This document shows positions 13,235 through 26,834 of a stretch of DNA of 64,000 nucleotides, one piece after another. The stretch's first letter is position 1. Each line of letters begins with the position of its first letter. Origin of the DNA: Eledone cirrhosa. Taxonomy: Eukaryota. Below the pieces are notes generated by a model that saw nothing but the letters and a program-made list of their open reading frames with translations, was not told where the DNA came from and did not search any database. Location: the NCBI GenBank assembly GCA_964016885.1, contig OZ024741.1, forward strand, positions 181,164,001-181,228,000, given 5' to 3'. The position numbers and the translations under genes were made by a program.

Positions 13235-16200
13235 ATACCTCGACGAGGAAGAAAGAACACATCTGGTTGGTCTATCGATAGTGGAAAGAAATAACGGCTA
13301 AGGAGAGCCGAAGAAGGTGAACAAGATAGTGGTCAACGCCAACAAGATCGGGACAAGCATGCGCATAGAAGGATCGATAAGACTGATAAAGCAAGGGCTG
13401 CGCGTCTGGCGGAACAGAGGGAAAGAGACAGAAACAGGAGAGATCATGAATCGGGTGGTCGGAGAGCTGAGCGTCTGGCGGAACAGAGGGAAAGAGACAG
13501 AAGCAGGGGAGATCATGAATCGGATGGTCGGAGAGCTGAGCGTCTGGCGGAACAGAGGGAAAGAGACAGAAGCAGGAGAGATCATTAATCGGATGATCGG
13601 AGAGCTGAGCGTCAGGCGGAACAGAGGGAAAGAGACAGAAACAGGAGAGATCATGAATCGGATGGTCGGAGAGCTGAGCGTCAGGCGGAACAGAGGGAAA
13701 GAGACAGAAACAGGAGAGATCATGAATCGGATGGTCGGAGAGCTGAGCGTCAGGCGGAACAGAGGGAAAGAGACAGAAGAAGGAGATATGACGAATCGGA
13801 CGCTCCGAGAACTGAACATCTTTGCCAACAAACCATTAGAGATAGAGCAAGGACAGTTCAACGATGTGACCTCTCTGCTGATGTTGGACAGATGAATAAG
13901 ATCTGTGTCTGTTGTCATGCAATGCTTTTTCATGGTGAAACTGCTAACTTTTGCTGTATGAATGGAAAAGTCAGGTTGGGGAATCTGCAGCCTTTACCAC
14001 AGGACCTTCACAGTTTATTTAGTACCGATCAACCTAGGGCAAACGAGTTCAGGAAGAACCTCAGACAATACAACTGCCTGTTCCAAATGACATCTTTTGG
14101 GGCCGAAGAAGTTCGTTCCTCAAGGAGTGGATGGAATCCTTCTATCGTTATTCATGGTCAAATTCATCATTACATCGGTTCCTTAACCCTAATCCCAATG
14201 AACAACCCCAATTTCTTCAAATTTACTTCTTGGATCCTCAGGATAGTGTTGATTTGAGGATCAGGATACTCCATAACGATGGCATTCAGCGCGACATAGT
14301 TGAATTATTGGAAATAATACTCAGTCAATATAACCCTTACGTTGCTTCATTTCGAATGGCAAAAGAACAAATTAAAAATATTCCCGAAGCTTCGATTATT
14401 ATTGATCCCGATAGGAGACCAGCAATGGAACATGAGAGAAAATTCAATGCACAAACTGCAAAAGAAGTTGCCGTTATTATACAAAACAGCACCGAAGTTC
14501 AAGCAAAAGCACGGCACATTGTGTTGAAAGAAAAAAGCGGACAATTGCAAATAATCTCAGAGTCCCATCGGTCCTATGACAGTTTGCAGTATGTCCTATT
14601 TTTTCCTTTTGGCGATGACGGATGGCATCATGAGCTGTTAATGAGCAACAACAAGAAGTTGATGCCAATGCGCTACAATGCCTATCGAATAATGAACCAT
14701 GAGAATGAATTCAACCAACTTCTCAGAGGCGGTCGTTTATTTCAGCAATATTTAGTTGACATGGCTGCGAAGATTGAAGGAGATAGACTGCAATACACCC
14801 GAATGAATCAAACATCATAGTGATCTACAACATACAAGGGCCTTACTGACGCATTGAATGATGATGACGATTTTCGCAATATTGGCAGGCGAATCATACT
14901 ATCTTCCACATTTGTCGGTGGACCGAGATATATGATGGAGAGATGCCAGGATGCCATGATGTACATACGGAAGTACGGCAATCCATCACAATCGTTCTTC
15001 ATCACAATGACATGCAATCTAAACTGGCCTGAAATCCGGCAAAACCTATTCCTGAATCAGAAGCCACATGACAGGCCAGATTTAATTGCCAGAGTATTTG
15101 ACCTGAAGCGGAAACTGTTAAGAAAGTATCTTACTGGAGTAGATGGCCTATTTGGCAAGTGCATTGCTAAGTGCTGAATATCAAAAGCGAGGTCTTCCTC
15201 ATGTGCACTGTTTGCTATGGCTCAATGAAGCCTCCAAGCCCAGACCGCAGGAATATGATAAATTTGTTCAAGCCGAAATACCAGATCCAAACAAAGATCC
15301 AGAGGGTCATGAATTGGTGCTGAAGCACACGATCCACGGTCCGAATTGCTCTAACAATTCGCCATGTTGGAAAGATGGAATGTGCAGTAAGCGGTACCCT
15401 AAGCCTTTCAATGAATATACATTGTGTGGAGAGGACTCTTATCCTGTGTACAGAAGACGGTTTCCAGGAATGGGAGGATTTGAGGGGCACCAAGAAGGAA
15501 GAGAAGCCGAAATATAACTTCGGAATGGGTGGTTCTCTACAATATGAAACTATTAAAATTGTTCAACTGCCAGCTAAACGTAGAGATGTGCTCTTCCGTG
15601 AAATCGATCAAATACGTTATCAAATATACCATGAAGGGAAGTGATCAGGCAATGTTTGGAGTGAACAGGGAAGATGAGATAATATAGTATTTAACAGTAA
15701 GATATATCGGTCCTTCAGAAGCTGTTGCCTTGGTACTTGGATTTCCAATTCATGAGAGAGAACCGGCCGTAGTTCGCCTTCAATTTCATCTACCTGAGGA
15801 AAATCAAATCTTTCGGGTCAATGCTGCTGTTAAAGTAAACAATAACATGGCTAAGACGACTCTGACTGAGTTCATGGATCTTTGCGATCGTGATCCGTTT
15901 GCAAAAACATTGTATTATGCCGATGTGCCAAAGTTTTACACTTGGAGTAATAAGAGATGGGAAAGGAGAAAGGTGGGGAAAACAGTTGAGCAGTATCCAG
16001 GGATTTTTGAGGCGAACGTTGTGGGACGAGTATACACTGTTTCTCCACGAAGTGGTGACCTGTATTATTTAAGACTCCTTCTGCATCACGTCAAAGGGCC
16101 AGTATCCTTCAACTCTTTCAAAATGTGTGATGGAGAACTCCTGCCATTATTCAAAGACGTCTGCAGAGAGAAAGGTTTGCTTCAATCGGATGATCATTGG

Positions 16201-17912
16201 CAGCAGACTCTGGAAGATGCTGAGCGAACAAGGCTTCCCAAAGCCATGAGAGATCTATTCATCGGGCTCCTCACAAATACGGAAATTGACAATTCCAGTG
16301 CTTTATGGGTTCTATTTAAGCATTCGCTGTCTGAGGATTACCTTCAAATAGAAAAAAGGGCTACCAGAAACTCCAACCTTTTGATTAGCGAGAGACATTA
16401 TGATCAATGTCTTCTGTATTTTGAAGACAAACTTAACGACCTGGGCAAAGGTCTTAGTGACTTTAACTTACCAAGGCCAAATAATATTGTTGCTAATCAG
16501 GATATTGGCACTTTGGAGTTATTGCATGAATTACAATACAGCAGAGAAGAGCAGCGTCGATTTGTAGAAGAGACGGAGCCTCTATTGAATAGTGAACAAA
16601 AACACGTGTACGACTTCGTTTGTAACAGTTTAGAGACGAACACATCTGCATTGATTTTCATTGACGCTCCAGGTGGAACAGGAAAGACATTTCTAATTAA
16701 CTTAATTCTTTCAAAAGTGAGGGGAAACGGTGACGTGGCTATTTCTGTTGCGTCATCTGGCATTGCCGCAACACTGATGCCTGGTGGAAGAACAGCGCAT
16801 TCTAGGTTCAAAATACCGATAGTAGTGAAATAAAATGGTCTGTGCAACATTGATAAAAACTGAAAGACGGCAAATCTCTTCCATCATACAAAGCTGATTG
16901 TTTGGGATGAGTGTCTCATGATTCGGAGGGAAAGCTTCGAAGCTGTTGACCTCACTCTTTGTGACATATGCGACAACAATGAGGCATTCGGTGGAATTTT
17001 GACAATTTGCTGTAGCGATTTCCGCCAGCTTCTTCCGGTAGTGAAAAAGGGAAATGAAGCGGACGTGGAAAACGCTTGCATCCTACTTATGGCGAAGCTT
17101 CAAAAGATTTCAGTTGAAGACAAACATGCGATTGGGTGGGGGAGCAGGAGACTATTCACAGTTCCTATTGGATATTGGAGAAGATAAGATAAAAAAAACT
17201 GAAAATGAGGAAATTATTTTGCCAAAAGAAATGGTTCTCCAAGCAACAACTATGGAAGAATGTATTGATTTCATCTACCCATCATTCGACAATCCAGCTG
17301 AAGTGTTTTCGAACAATTGCATCTTAGTACCTCTCAATGAAATGATGAGAAGCATCAATTCCACCTGGAACCATAAAAGAGTACTGGTCCTATAATTCTG
17401 TGAGTGATGGTGCCAATGCCACTCATTTCCCGACTGAATTCTTTGATTCGGTTGAACTATCAGGACTGCCACCACAAAACCTGGAATTGAAAAAAGGATC
17501 GCCAATAATTCTTATGAGAAACTTGAATCCTCCACGGCTTTGTAATGGAACGCGCATGATCGTGGAAGAACTGCACGACAATCTCATAGTAGCAAGAATC
17601 AACACTGCTGCTTTCAGAAATGAGATCGTTATGATACCTAGAATAAGAATTAATCTATCCGAAGGTGAGGATATCCCTTTGCAGCGAAGCCAATTCCCAG
17701 TTCAATCGTGCTTCGCTATGACTATTCATAAAGCACAAGGACAAACTATGGAAAACCTCTTGGTTTATCTGGAACGACCTGTATTCCAACACGGTCAACT
17801 GTATGTAGCCCTTAGCCGCGGAAAACGAAAAGAAAATGTCAGAGTGTTTCTGAAAGATACCCAGTCAACTAAGAATGTTGTCATCAAAAGTATTCCTTTG
17901 AACAAACTGTAA
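13235..17912 (+). pseudogene. Helitron Rep/Helicase (RepHel) pseudogene
   Basis: Zn finger CVCCHA..FCCMNGKV; Rep motifs FFITMTCN, EYQKRGLPHVH, KYVIKY; Pif1 helicase [43 protein letters not shown]; multiple stops and frameshifts. Confidence 0.95.
13402..13800 (+). repeat. 69-bp tandem repeat (about 6 copies) in Helitron ORF N-terminus
   Basis: GCGGAACAGAGGGAAAGAGACAGA recurs at 13409, 13478, 13547, 13616, 13685, 13754. Confidence 0.95.
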
Positions 17913-18357
17913 CAGTATAAATATGAGAAAATGTTGATTTCGACGTCAGAAAATGAAAGGAAAAGGAAAAACTAAGACAAGTAAGAATAATTTCTTTCAA
18001 ATGTTTGTAAATAAAACCAGCTTTTCATTAACATTGCAGCTTTTTAAGCAGAAAAATCTTTCAGAACAAACAGTCAAGCATCCATAGAGATATAGAAAAA
18101 AGAATTTTGGAGTGGAGTGATTGGATAGCTATTAGTGAAAAATGATTTGATATTTTCTTTGTGAAAATACTTGTGAATAATACAGTGAAAAGACAAGTTT
18201 CGCGTAATTCGGACCACGGGTTCCCGAGATACGCGGGTTTTTTCGGGCACCTTTATAAGTAGCCAAATCAGCGCATAATGGGAAAATTCTTTGTAGTAAG
18301 GTACCATTGAAATGTGAATACAACGCAGATAGTGGTTGTGAGAGAGAAAGAGAGAGA

Positions 18358-18394
<37 letters not shown>

Positions 18395-19391
18395 GGTGGT
18401 GGTGTTGTATGAAATCATGACAGGTAAGTTCAAAGAATTGAATACAGCATTACTGTATCTAGCTGGAATTTGGTGACTGAATATTAAGTTATATGTATTT
18501 ATAACTTGTGTTAGGACAGGATGTATGTGTGTGTGTGTCTGTAACCAGTGTATATAGGCCACAGACACCCACACACACAAACACACACATATATATATAT
18601 ATATATATACACGTACATATACACACACACATACACGTATATATATATTGGCTTTCCAATGTCATTTTACATTATATACATTTTGTGTATATTTTAATTA
18701 TTTAAAAATTATTTTTAAGTGAAGATGACCCAACGGGTCACGGGTGGTTTAGTATAATATATAATTTCATTTATAACCAATCAAATTACATTTATAAAAA
18801 AAAGCCTTCGTGAGCCACCTTTTTTAAGTAAAAAGAAATTCAAACACAAACTGGCGCGAAAGCCGATGTGCTTATTCGCGTGACTGCATCAACCAACCAA
18901 ACTTCACTCATATATGAAAAAAGAACCTGAGCCCCCCCCCCCCCCGTTTGAAGGCAAATATAATAAGAACTTTGTAACGCGAACTGGGGCGAAATTTATT
19001 ATACTTATTCACCAACCAACCAAATTACTTCTCTAAAAACCTAGCATTTCGAGCCACTTTTGTCCATATAAAACAGAAGTAACATTCAAAGACCAATCAG
19101 ATGTGAGAAAAACCACAAACCCTCCATCTCAATTCTACTTTTGAAAAGCCGAAGAACTGCGAAACCGGTAAAGGAACCAAATAAATATATATATAAAAAA
19201 AAAAGACTCCAGTTGTATTTTCGATTTCATCTTTTTTCCTTATACTTTCACTCGTGTAGGACACCTCATTTTTTTTTCATTTTGTAAAAAAAACCTCACT
19301 TTCTAATATATATATATTTTCCTATCCAGGAAAAACTTGAACCGTTAAGATCTTATTCCTGGATATGTCAATATTTATAAAACAAACTTTG

Positions 19392-19452
19392 TATTTTATC
19401 TGATGATACCGTACCAAAGTTTTGGTACCCTTGAAATATATATAATAAAATA
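19392..19452 (+). ncRNA. Minimal type I hammerhead ribozyme motif
   Basis: TATTTTAT-CTGATGA-(GTACCAAA/TTTGGTAC)-GAAA-TATATA-TA-ATAAAATA with perfect 8-bp stem I. Confidence 0.75.
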
Positions 19453-19507
19453 AATATGGTTTTATAAATATGGTTTCCATTTATTTAATATCATTGAATA
19501 CATATAT

Positions 19508-19869
<362 letters not shown>

Positions 19870-21260
19870 GTATATATATACATACATACATATATACACA
19901 TACATACACACACACATACATATGTTTGTCTCTGTGAATAAATATTTTTCCTGCTACTATGTTTTAATGACAACAATAATGTTATAACTAATAAATCCCT
20001 TGAGGTCAACTCTACCTTTCATCTTTCGAGGGTCGATAAAATAAAGTACTAGTTAAGTATTGAGCTTCAACATAATCGACTTTCCTCTTTACCCTAAATT
20101 GCTCGCCAATATTAGAAAGAATATTTTCTCTGAATAATGTGCAAACACATACACATTTTTTTTACTAAGAAAAGAAAACTATACATCTTGGAACATAGTG
20201 ATAGACCACGTCCTTCAATTCATTTATACACTTCCATCATACGTCTTATATCACCGTAGACGATTCCTGCCCATAAGCCAACTAAAAAAGACTAGACGAA
20301 TTTTACATGATAGTTTATTGAACAAGGGACATAATTCCTTCTTTATTATTTAAAATTATGTCCCTTGCTTTATATAACATACTATTTAGTGGTTTGTCTA
20401 TAATCATATTTTGGACTATTACAAATTCAAAATGAACGCGTACAACCCCACACGCTTATTTAGTAGCTGCATGGACACAGTATGGTCAAATGGTTACTAA
20501 TAACGGAAGAATAAATCCCAAGGAGGGGCATCTTGGGAAAATATCATTTAACATAGCCACGAAACAACCGAAGTCTCATGAATGAGATTGAGTAGAGGGA
20601 AACTGTTTGGAAGTCTGTTGGATGGAGTGCAAGTGTAATTCAAAGGGCCAGCCTTGCCACACACTGGGTACACATGTCCAGGGACTGGTCAACAAATTAT
20701 ACCTTAATTTCATGAACAGGGTTCTCCGTTGATCAAACAACCGAAACAATCATCTACGAAACCGACAGAGGTCGCTTCATTCCACTAGTAGCTCATACAC
20801 ATACTTCAATTTTCCAGAACTTTGGGGATACTGAACCGCAGACAGTGTGGAGTTTGTCATTATTGTCAGTTCGAATAACTGAAGTATTGGTTGATGCTCG
20901 CAGGCGTGCTTGGTTATTCCGGCGTCTTAGTCCCGCAATCACCTACATCAACTCTTGCAATGGGACTGAATCAATTAACATGTGATGGTTACTAAATGAG
21001 TTTCTTAACTTTATAGCCATGTATATCTACGTAACAATTAAGTCAAAGATGTACATCCATATATGTATACTGAAATACTAGTATGTATATGAATACACAC
21101 ACGTATACATATGTAGATGTACCAAGTTTTTTTTTCACTGATCACTTTACTGTGAGTGGCCAGCTATTCTGTATGTAAACACACAGACAAACCGGTTTTT
21201 AGAGTCATACTGGTTTTTGAGGAAACACCTTTCCTCTATTCTCCAGAAAGCCAGACAAGG

Positions 21261-21305
21261 AATATTGAACTAGTTTCGTTGTTGTTACAACTCATCAGCA
21301 ATATT
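21261..21305 (-). ncRNA. Hammerhead motif of array unit (minus-strand copies also at 21731-21775 and 22201-22245)
   Basis: Reverse complement of AATATTG-CTGATGA-GTTGT-AACA-ACAAC-GAAA-CTAG-TT-CAATATT. Confidence 0.8.
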
Positions 21306-22973
21306 TACCTATCTTCCGGCCTCTCTAGAGAATCGTAAAAGCACATATCGCTATATGCTTTTTCTATGAAAATTAGTAGTGGGCAGACCAACTTGCATAG
21401 AGTGTGAGTAAGTACCGGTTCAACGGAGACGATAAAAACAAATAACGAAACGAAATTAAATTTCGTTTCGTTTATAACTCACTTTTGTATGACTGACGCT
21501 CAAACAATTAAGTCAAAGATGTACATCCATATATGTATACTGAAATACTAGTATGTATATGAATACACACACGTATACATATGTAGATGTACCAAGTTTT
21601 TTTTTCACTGATCACTTTACTGTGAGTGGCCAGCTATTCTGTATGTAAACACACAGACAAACCGGTTTTTAGAGTCATACTGGTTTTTGAGGAAACACCT
21701 TTCCTCTATTCTCCAGAAAGCCAGACAAGGAATATTGAACTAGTTTCGTTGTTGTTACAACTCATCAGCAATATTTACCTATCTTCCGGCCTCTCTAGAG
21801 AATCGTAAAAGCACATATCGCTATATGCTTTTTCTATGAAAATTAGTAGTGGGCAGACCAACTTGCATAGAGTGTGAGTAAGTACCGGTTCAACGGAGAC
21901 GATAAAAACAAATAACGAAACGAAATTAAATTTCGTTTCGTTTATAACTCACTTTTGTATGACTGACGCTCAAACAATTAAGTCAAAGATGTACATCCAT
22001 ATATGTATACTGAAATACTAGTATGTATATGAATACACACACGTATACATATGTAGATGTACCAAGTTTTTTTTTCACTGATCACTTTACTGTGAGTGGC
22101 CAGCTATTCTGTATGTAAACACACAGACAAACCGGTTTTTAGAGTCATACTGGTTTTTGAGGAAACACCTTTCCTCTATTCTCCAGAAAGCCAGACAAGG
22201 AATATTGAACTAGTTTCGTTGTTGTTACAACTCATCAGCAATATTTACCTATCTTCCGGCCTCTCTAGAGAATCGTAAAAGCACATATCGCTATATGCTT
22301 TTTCTATGAAAATTAGTAGTGGGCAGACCAACTTGCATAGAGTGTGAGTAAGTACCGGTTCAACGGAGACGATAAAAACAAATAACGAAACGAAATTAAA
22401 TTTCGTTTCGTTTATAACTCACTTTTGTATGACTGACGCTCAAACAATTAAGTCAAAGATGTACATCCATATATGTATACTGAAATACTAGCAATATTTA
22501 CCTATCTTCCGGCCTCTCTAGAGAATCGTAAAAGCAGTATACATATATGGATGTATACATATATGGAGAATAGAGGAAAGGTGTTTCCTCAAAAACCAGT
22601 ATGACTCTAAAAACCGGTTTGTCTGTGTGTTTACATACAGAATAGCTGGCCACTCACAGTAAAGTGATCAGTGAAAAAAAAACTTGGTACATCTACATAT
22701 GTATACGTGTGTGTATTCATATACATACTAGTATTTCAGTATACATATATGGATGTACATCTTTGACTTAATTGTTTGAGCGTCAGTCATACAAAAGTGA
22801 GTTATAAACGAAACGAAATTTAATTTCGTTTCGTTATTTGTTTTTATCGTCTCCGTTGAACCGGTACTTACTCACACTCTATGCAAGTTGGTCTGCCCAC
22901 TACTAATTTTCATAGAAAAAGCATATAGCGATATGTGCTTTTACGATTCTCTAGAGAGGCCGGAAGATAGGTA

Positions 22974-23018
22974 AATATTGCTGATGAGTTGTAACAACAA
23001 CGAAACTAGTTCAATATT
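22974..23018 (+). ncRNA. Hammerhead motif of array unit (further plus-strand copies start at 23444, 23913, 24385, 24855, 25325)
   Basis: 7-bp stem I AATATTG/CAATATT, CUGAUGA, 5-bp stem II, GAAA, palindromic ACTAGT stem III, GUU triplet. Confidence 0.8.
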
Positions 23019-26000
23019 CCTTGTCTGGCTTTCTGGAGAATAGAGGAAAGGTGTTTCCTCAAAAACCAGTATGACTCTAAAAACCGGTTTGTCTGTGTGT
23101 TTACATACAGAATAGCTGGCCACTCACAGTAAAGTGATCAGTGAAAAAAAAACTTGGTACATCTACATATGTATACGTGTGTGTATTCATATACATACTA
23201 GTATTTCAGTATACATATATGGATGTACATCTTTGACTTAATTGTTTGAGCGTCAGTCATACAAAAGTGAGTTATAAACGAAACGAAATTTAATTTCGTT
23301 TCGTTATTTGTTTTTATCGTCTCCGTTGAACCGGTACTTACTCACACTCTATGCAAGTTGGTCTGCCCACTATTAATTTTCATAGAAAAAGCATATAGCG
23401 ATATGTGCTTTTACGATTCTCTAGAGAGGCCGGAAGATAGGTAAATATTGCTGATGAGTTGTAACAACAACGAAACTAGTTCAATATTCCTTGTCTGGCT
23501 TTCTGGAGAATAGAGGAAAGGTGTTTCCTCAAAAACCAGTATGGCTCTAAAAACCGGTTTGTCTGTGTGTTTACATACAGAATAGCTGGCCACTCACAGT
23601 AAAGTGATCAGTGAAAAAAAACTTGGTACATCTACATATGTATACGTGTGTGTATTCATATACATACTAGTATTTCAGTATACATATATGGATGTACATC
23701 TTTGACTTAATTGTTTGAGCGTCAGTCATACAAAAGTGAGTTATAAACGAAACGAAATTTAATTTCGTTTCGTTATTTGTTTTTATCGTCTCCGTTGAAC
23801 CGGTACTTACTCACACTCTATGCAAGTTGGTCTGCCCACTACTAATTTTCATAGAAAAAGCATATAGCGATATGTGCTTTTACGATTCTCTAGAGAGGCC
23901 GGAAGATAGGTAAATATTGCTGATGAGTTGTAACAACAACGAAACTAGTTCAATATTCCTTGTCTGGCTTTCTGGAGAATAGAGGAAAGGTGTTTCCTCA
24001 AAAACCAGTATGACTCTAAAAACCGGTTTGTCTGTGTGTTTACATACAGAATAGCTGGCCACTCACAGTAAAGTGATCAGTGAAAAAAAAAAACTTGGTA
24101 CATCTACATATGTATACGTGTGTGTATTCATATACATACTAGTATTTCAGTATACATATATGGATGTACATCTTTGACTTAATTGTTTGAGCGTCAGTCA
24201 TACAAAAGTGAGTTATAAACGAAACGAAATTTAATTTCGTTTCGTTATTTGTTTTTATCGTCTCCGTTGAACCGGTACTTACTCACACTCTATGCAAGTT
24301 GGTCTGCCCACTACTAATTTTCATAGAAAAAGCATATAGCGATATGTGCTTTTACGATTCTCTAGAGAGGCCGGAAGATAGGTAAATATTGCTGATGAGT
24401 TGTAACAACAACGAAACTAGTTCAATATTCCTTGTCTGGCTTTCTGGAGAATAGAGGAAAGGTGTTTCCTCAAAAACCAGTATGACTCTAAAAACCGGTT
24501 TGTCTGTGTGTTTACATACAGAATAGCTGGCCACTCACAGTAAAGTGATCAGTGAAAAAAAAACTTGGTACATCTACATATGTATACGTGTGTGTATTCA
24601 TATACATACTAGTATTTCAGTATACATATATGGATGTACATCTTTGACTTAATTGTTTGAGCGTCAGTCATACAAAAGTGAGTTATAAACGAAACGAAAT
24701 TTAATTTCGTTTCGTTATTTGTTTTTATCGTCTCCGTTGAACCGGTACTTACTCACACTCTATGCAAGTTGGTCTGCCCACTACTAATTTTCATAGAAAA
24801 AGCATATAGCGATATGTGCTTTTACGATTCTCTAGAGAGGCCGGAAGATAGGTAAATATTGCTGATGAGTTGTAACAACAACGAAACTAGTTCAATATTC
24901 CTTGTCTGGCTTTCTGGAGAATAGAGGAAAGGTGTTTCCTCAAAAACCAGTATGACTCTAAAAACCGGTTTGTCTGTGTGTTTACATACAGAATAGCTGG
25001 CCACTCACAGTAAAGTGATCAGTGAAAAAAAAACTTGGTACATCTACATATGTATACGTGTGTGTATTCATATACATACTAGTATTTCAGTATACATATA
25101 TGGATGTACATCTTTGACTTAATTGTTTGAGCGTCAGTCATACAAAAGTGAGTTATAAACGAAACGAAATTTAATTTCGTTTCGTTATTTGTTTTTATCG
25201 TCTCCGTTGAACCGGTACTTACTCACACTCTATGCAAGTTGGTCTGCCCACTACTAATTTTCATAGAAAAAGCATATAGCGATATGTGCTTTTACGATTC
25301 TCTAGAGAGGCCGGAAGATAGGTAAATATTGCTGATGAGTTGTAACAACAACGAAACTAGTTCAATATTCCTTGTCTGGCTTTCTGGAGAATAGAGGAAA
25401 GGTGTTTCCTCAAAAACCAGTATGACTCTAAAAACCGGTTTGTCTGTGTGTTTACATACAGAATAGCTGGCCACTCACAGTAAAGTGATCAGTGAAAAAA
25501 AAACTTGGTACATCTACATATGTATACGTGTGTGTATTCATATACATACTAGTATTTCAGTATACATATATGGATGTACATCTTTGACTTAATTGTTTGA
25601 GCGTCAGTCATACAAAAGTGAGTTATAAACGAAACGAAATTTAATTTCGTTTCGTTATTTGTTTTTATATCTACGTACTTACCTAAATATGTTTTGTATA
25701 AACATAAAGATTTATATTATTTTCAACAATTGAAAAAATTATCACCATTTTGAGGTGCAAGACTCTAGTAAAATCTATGAACAGTTACCTCCCCTAGCCT
25801 TGTCTGTTAAAACAGCGAAACATAATTCCTCTATGTCGTTGTGGTTTTTCAAAAAGCTAGAAATCGCAGCCAATATGTCCATTAATCATAAAATATTGTA
25901 CAGAAAAATGAAAGAAGTACACAATAGATAATGTGGTTCTTCATATATTATGTCAGAATAAAACATGGGAAGATTATAGCTGGAAAATCTTTGATCATTG

Positions 26001-26126
26001 ACTTGGAACAGAAAGGGCATACAACGAAACAACTGAAACAGATATATAACGAATACTGACTATTATACTTTACAGCAGATGATGGAACTTTCGTCTGTTT
26101 CGAAGCATTCAGTTGTTCGATTAACT

Positions 26127-26517
26127 CAAAGGTTCTCAAACTTTTTGGGCCACCACCACCCTCACAGCCACGTAATACACTCAGCGCTCCCAACCCTATT
26201 CCCAGAGAGACCTGCCTACAGGCAAATTGTAAATAATATACAATAAATAAAATCGTTAATTTATATATAATAAATAATATATAATGAATAAAATCGTCAA
26301 TTTATATATAATAAATAATATAATATATACTATGTATAGATAAATATTACATATTTTTTATTTTACTATATTTATATATAATATGTATCATTTGATATTT
26401 AATATACTATTATATCATCTCTATCGACCCCCACATCATCACCTCTTAGGCTCCAGCACCCCTTGAACCTCGTCAACGCCCCCCAGGGGGTGGCAGCGCC
26501 CACTTCGAGAATCTCTG
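26127..26517. mobile_element. hAT-type MITE
   Basis: CAAAGGTTCTCAAA...TTCGAGAATCTCTG termini; perfect 8-bp TSD GATTAACT. Confidence 0.85.
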
Positions 26518-26834
26518 GATTAACTGAACATCCAACACGACACGTGTACTCTTAACGTGATTCCGAATACACGACAAGGCTGAACCGTTTTCATATAGTT
26601 TTCGTTTATCCATTAAGACATTCGCTCAAGATGCCACGAAGTATAATCAAAAGCAGGATCTCCTGATTGATAAGTGAACTTCTTAACTAGTCAGCGGTTG
26701 TTCAATAGATATTATATTATATGTAGGAGGATGTCGATCGACTTTTCGTCAAATTGGGCCGAGGAAACAATGTTTCCGTCGGTCTTTTCAATTGCTAATA
26801 CTATCTATCGGTCGCAACTCCAGGTAGAAGGAGT

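Larger units (their letters stand above)
13040..18752 (+). mobile_element. Decayed autonomous Helitron (5' end approximate)
   Basis: RepHel ORF plus 3' hairpin TGACCCAACGGGTCA followed by GGTTTAG|T (degenerate CTAG). Confidence 0.75.
21033..25668. mobile_element. 470-bp hammerhead-containing tandem array (retrozyme-like): about 3.1 units in one orientation, about 6.6 units inverted
   Basis: Period 469-472 bp, near-identical units, inversion junction 22491-22565, 12-bp direct repeat TATATCTACGTA at 21022-21033 and 25666-25677. Confidence 0.85.

Noticed and set aside
13298-13933. 192-aa plus and 211-aa minus repeat ORFs
   Set aside because: Alternative frames of the 69-bp repeat; the Helitron frame is the third plus frame
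21156-21338. 60-aa ORF repeated in every array unit
   Set aside because: GTG start, no recognisable domain, antisense to the hammerhead; conservation simply reflects unit identity
21033-25668. CRISPR-like or rDNA/snRNA array
   Set aside because: Units are wholly identical with no variable spacers, and no 5S, tRNA or snRNA motifs were recognised
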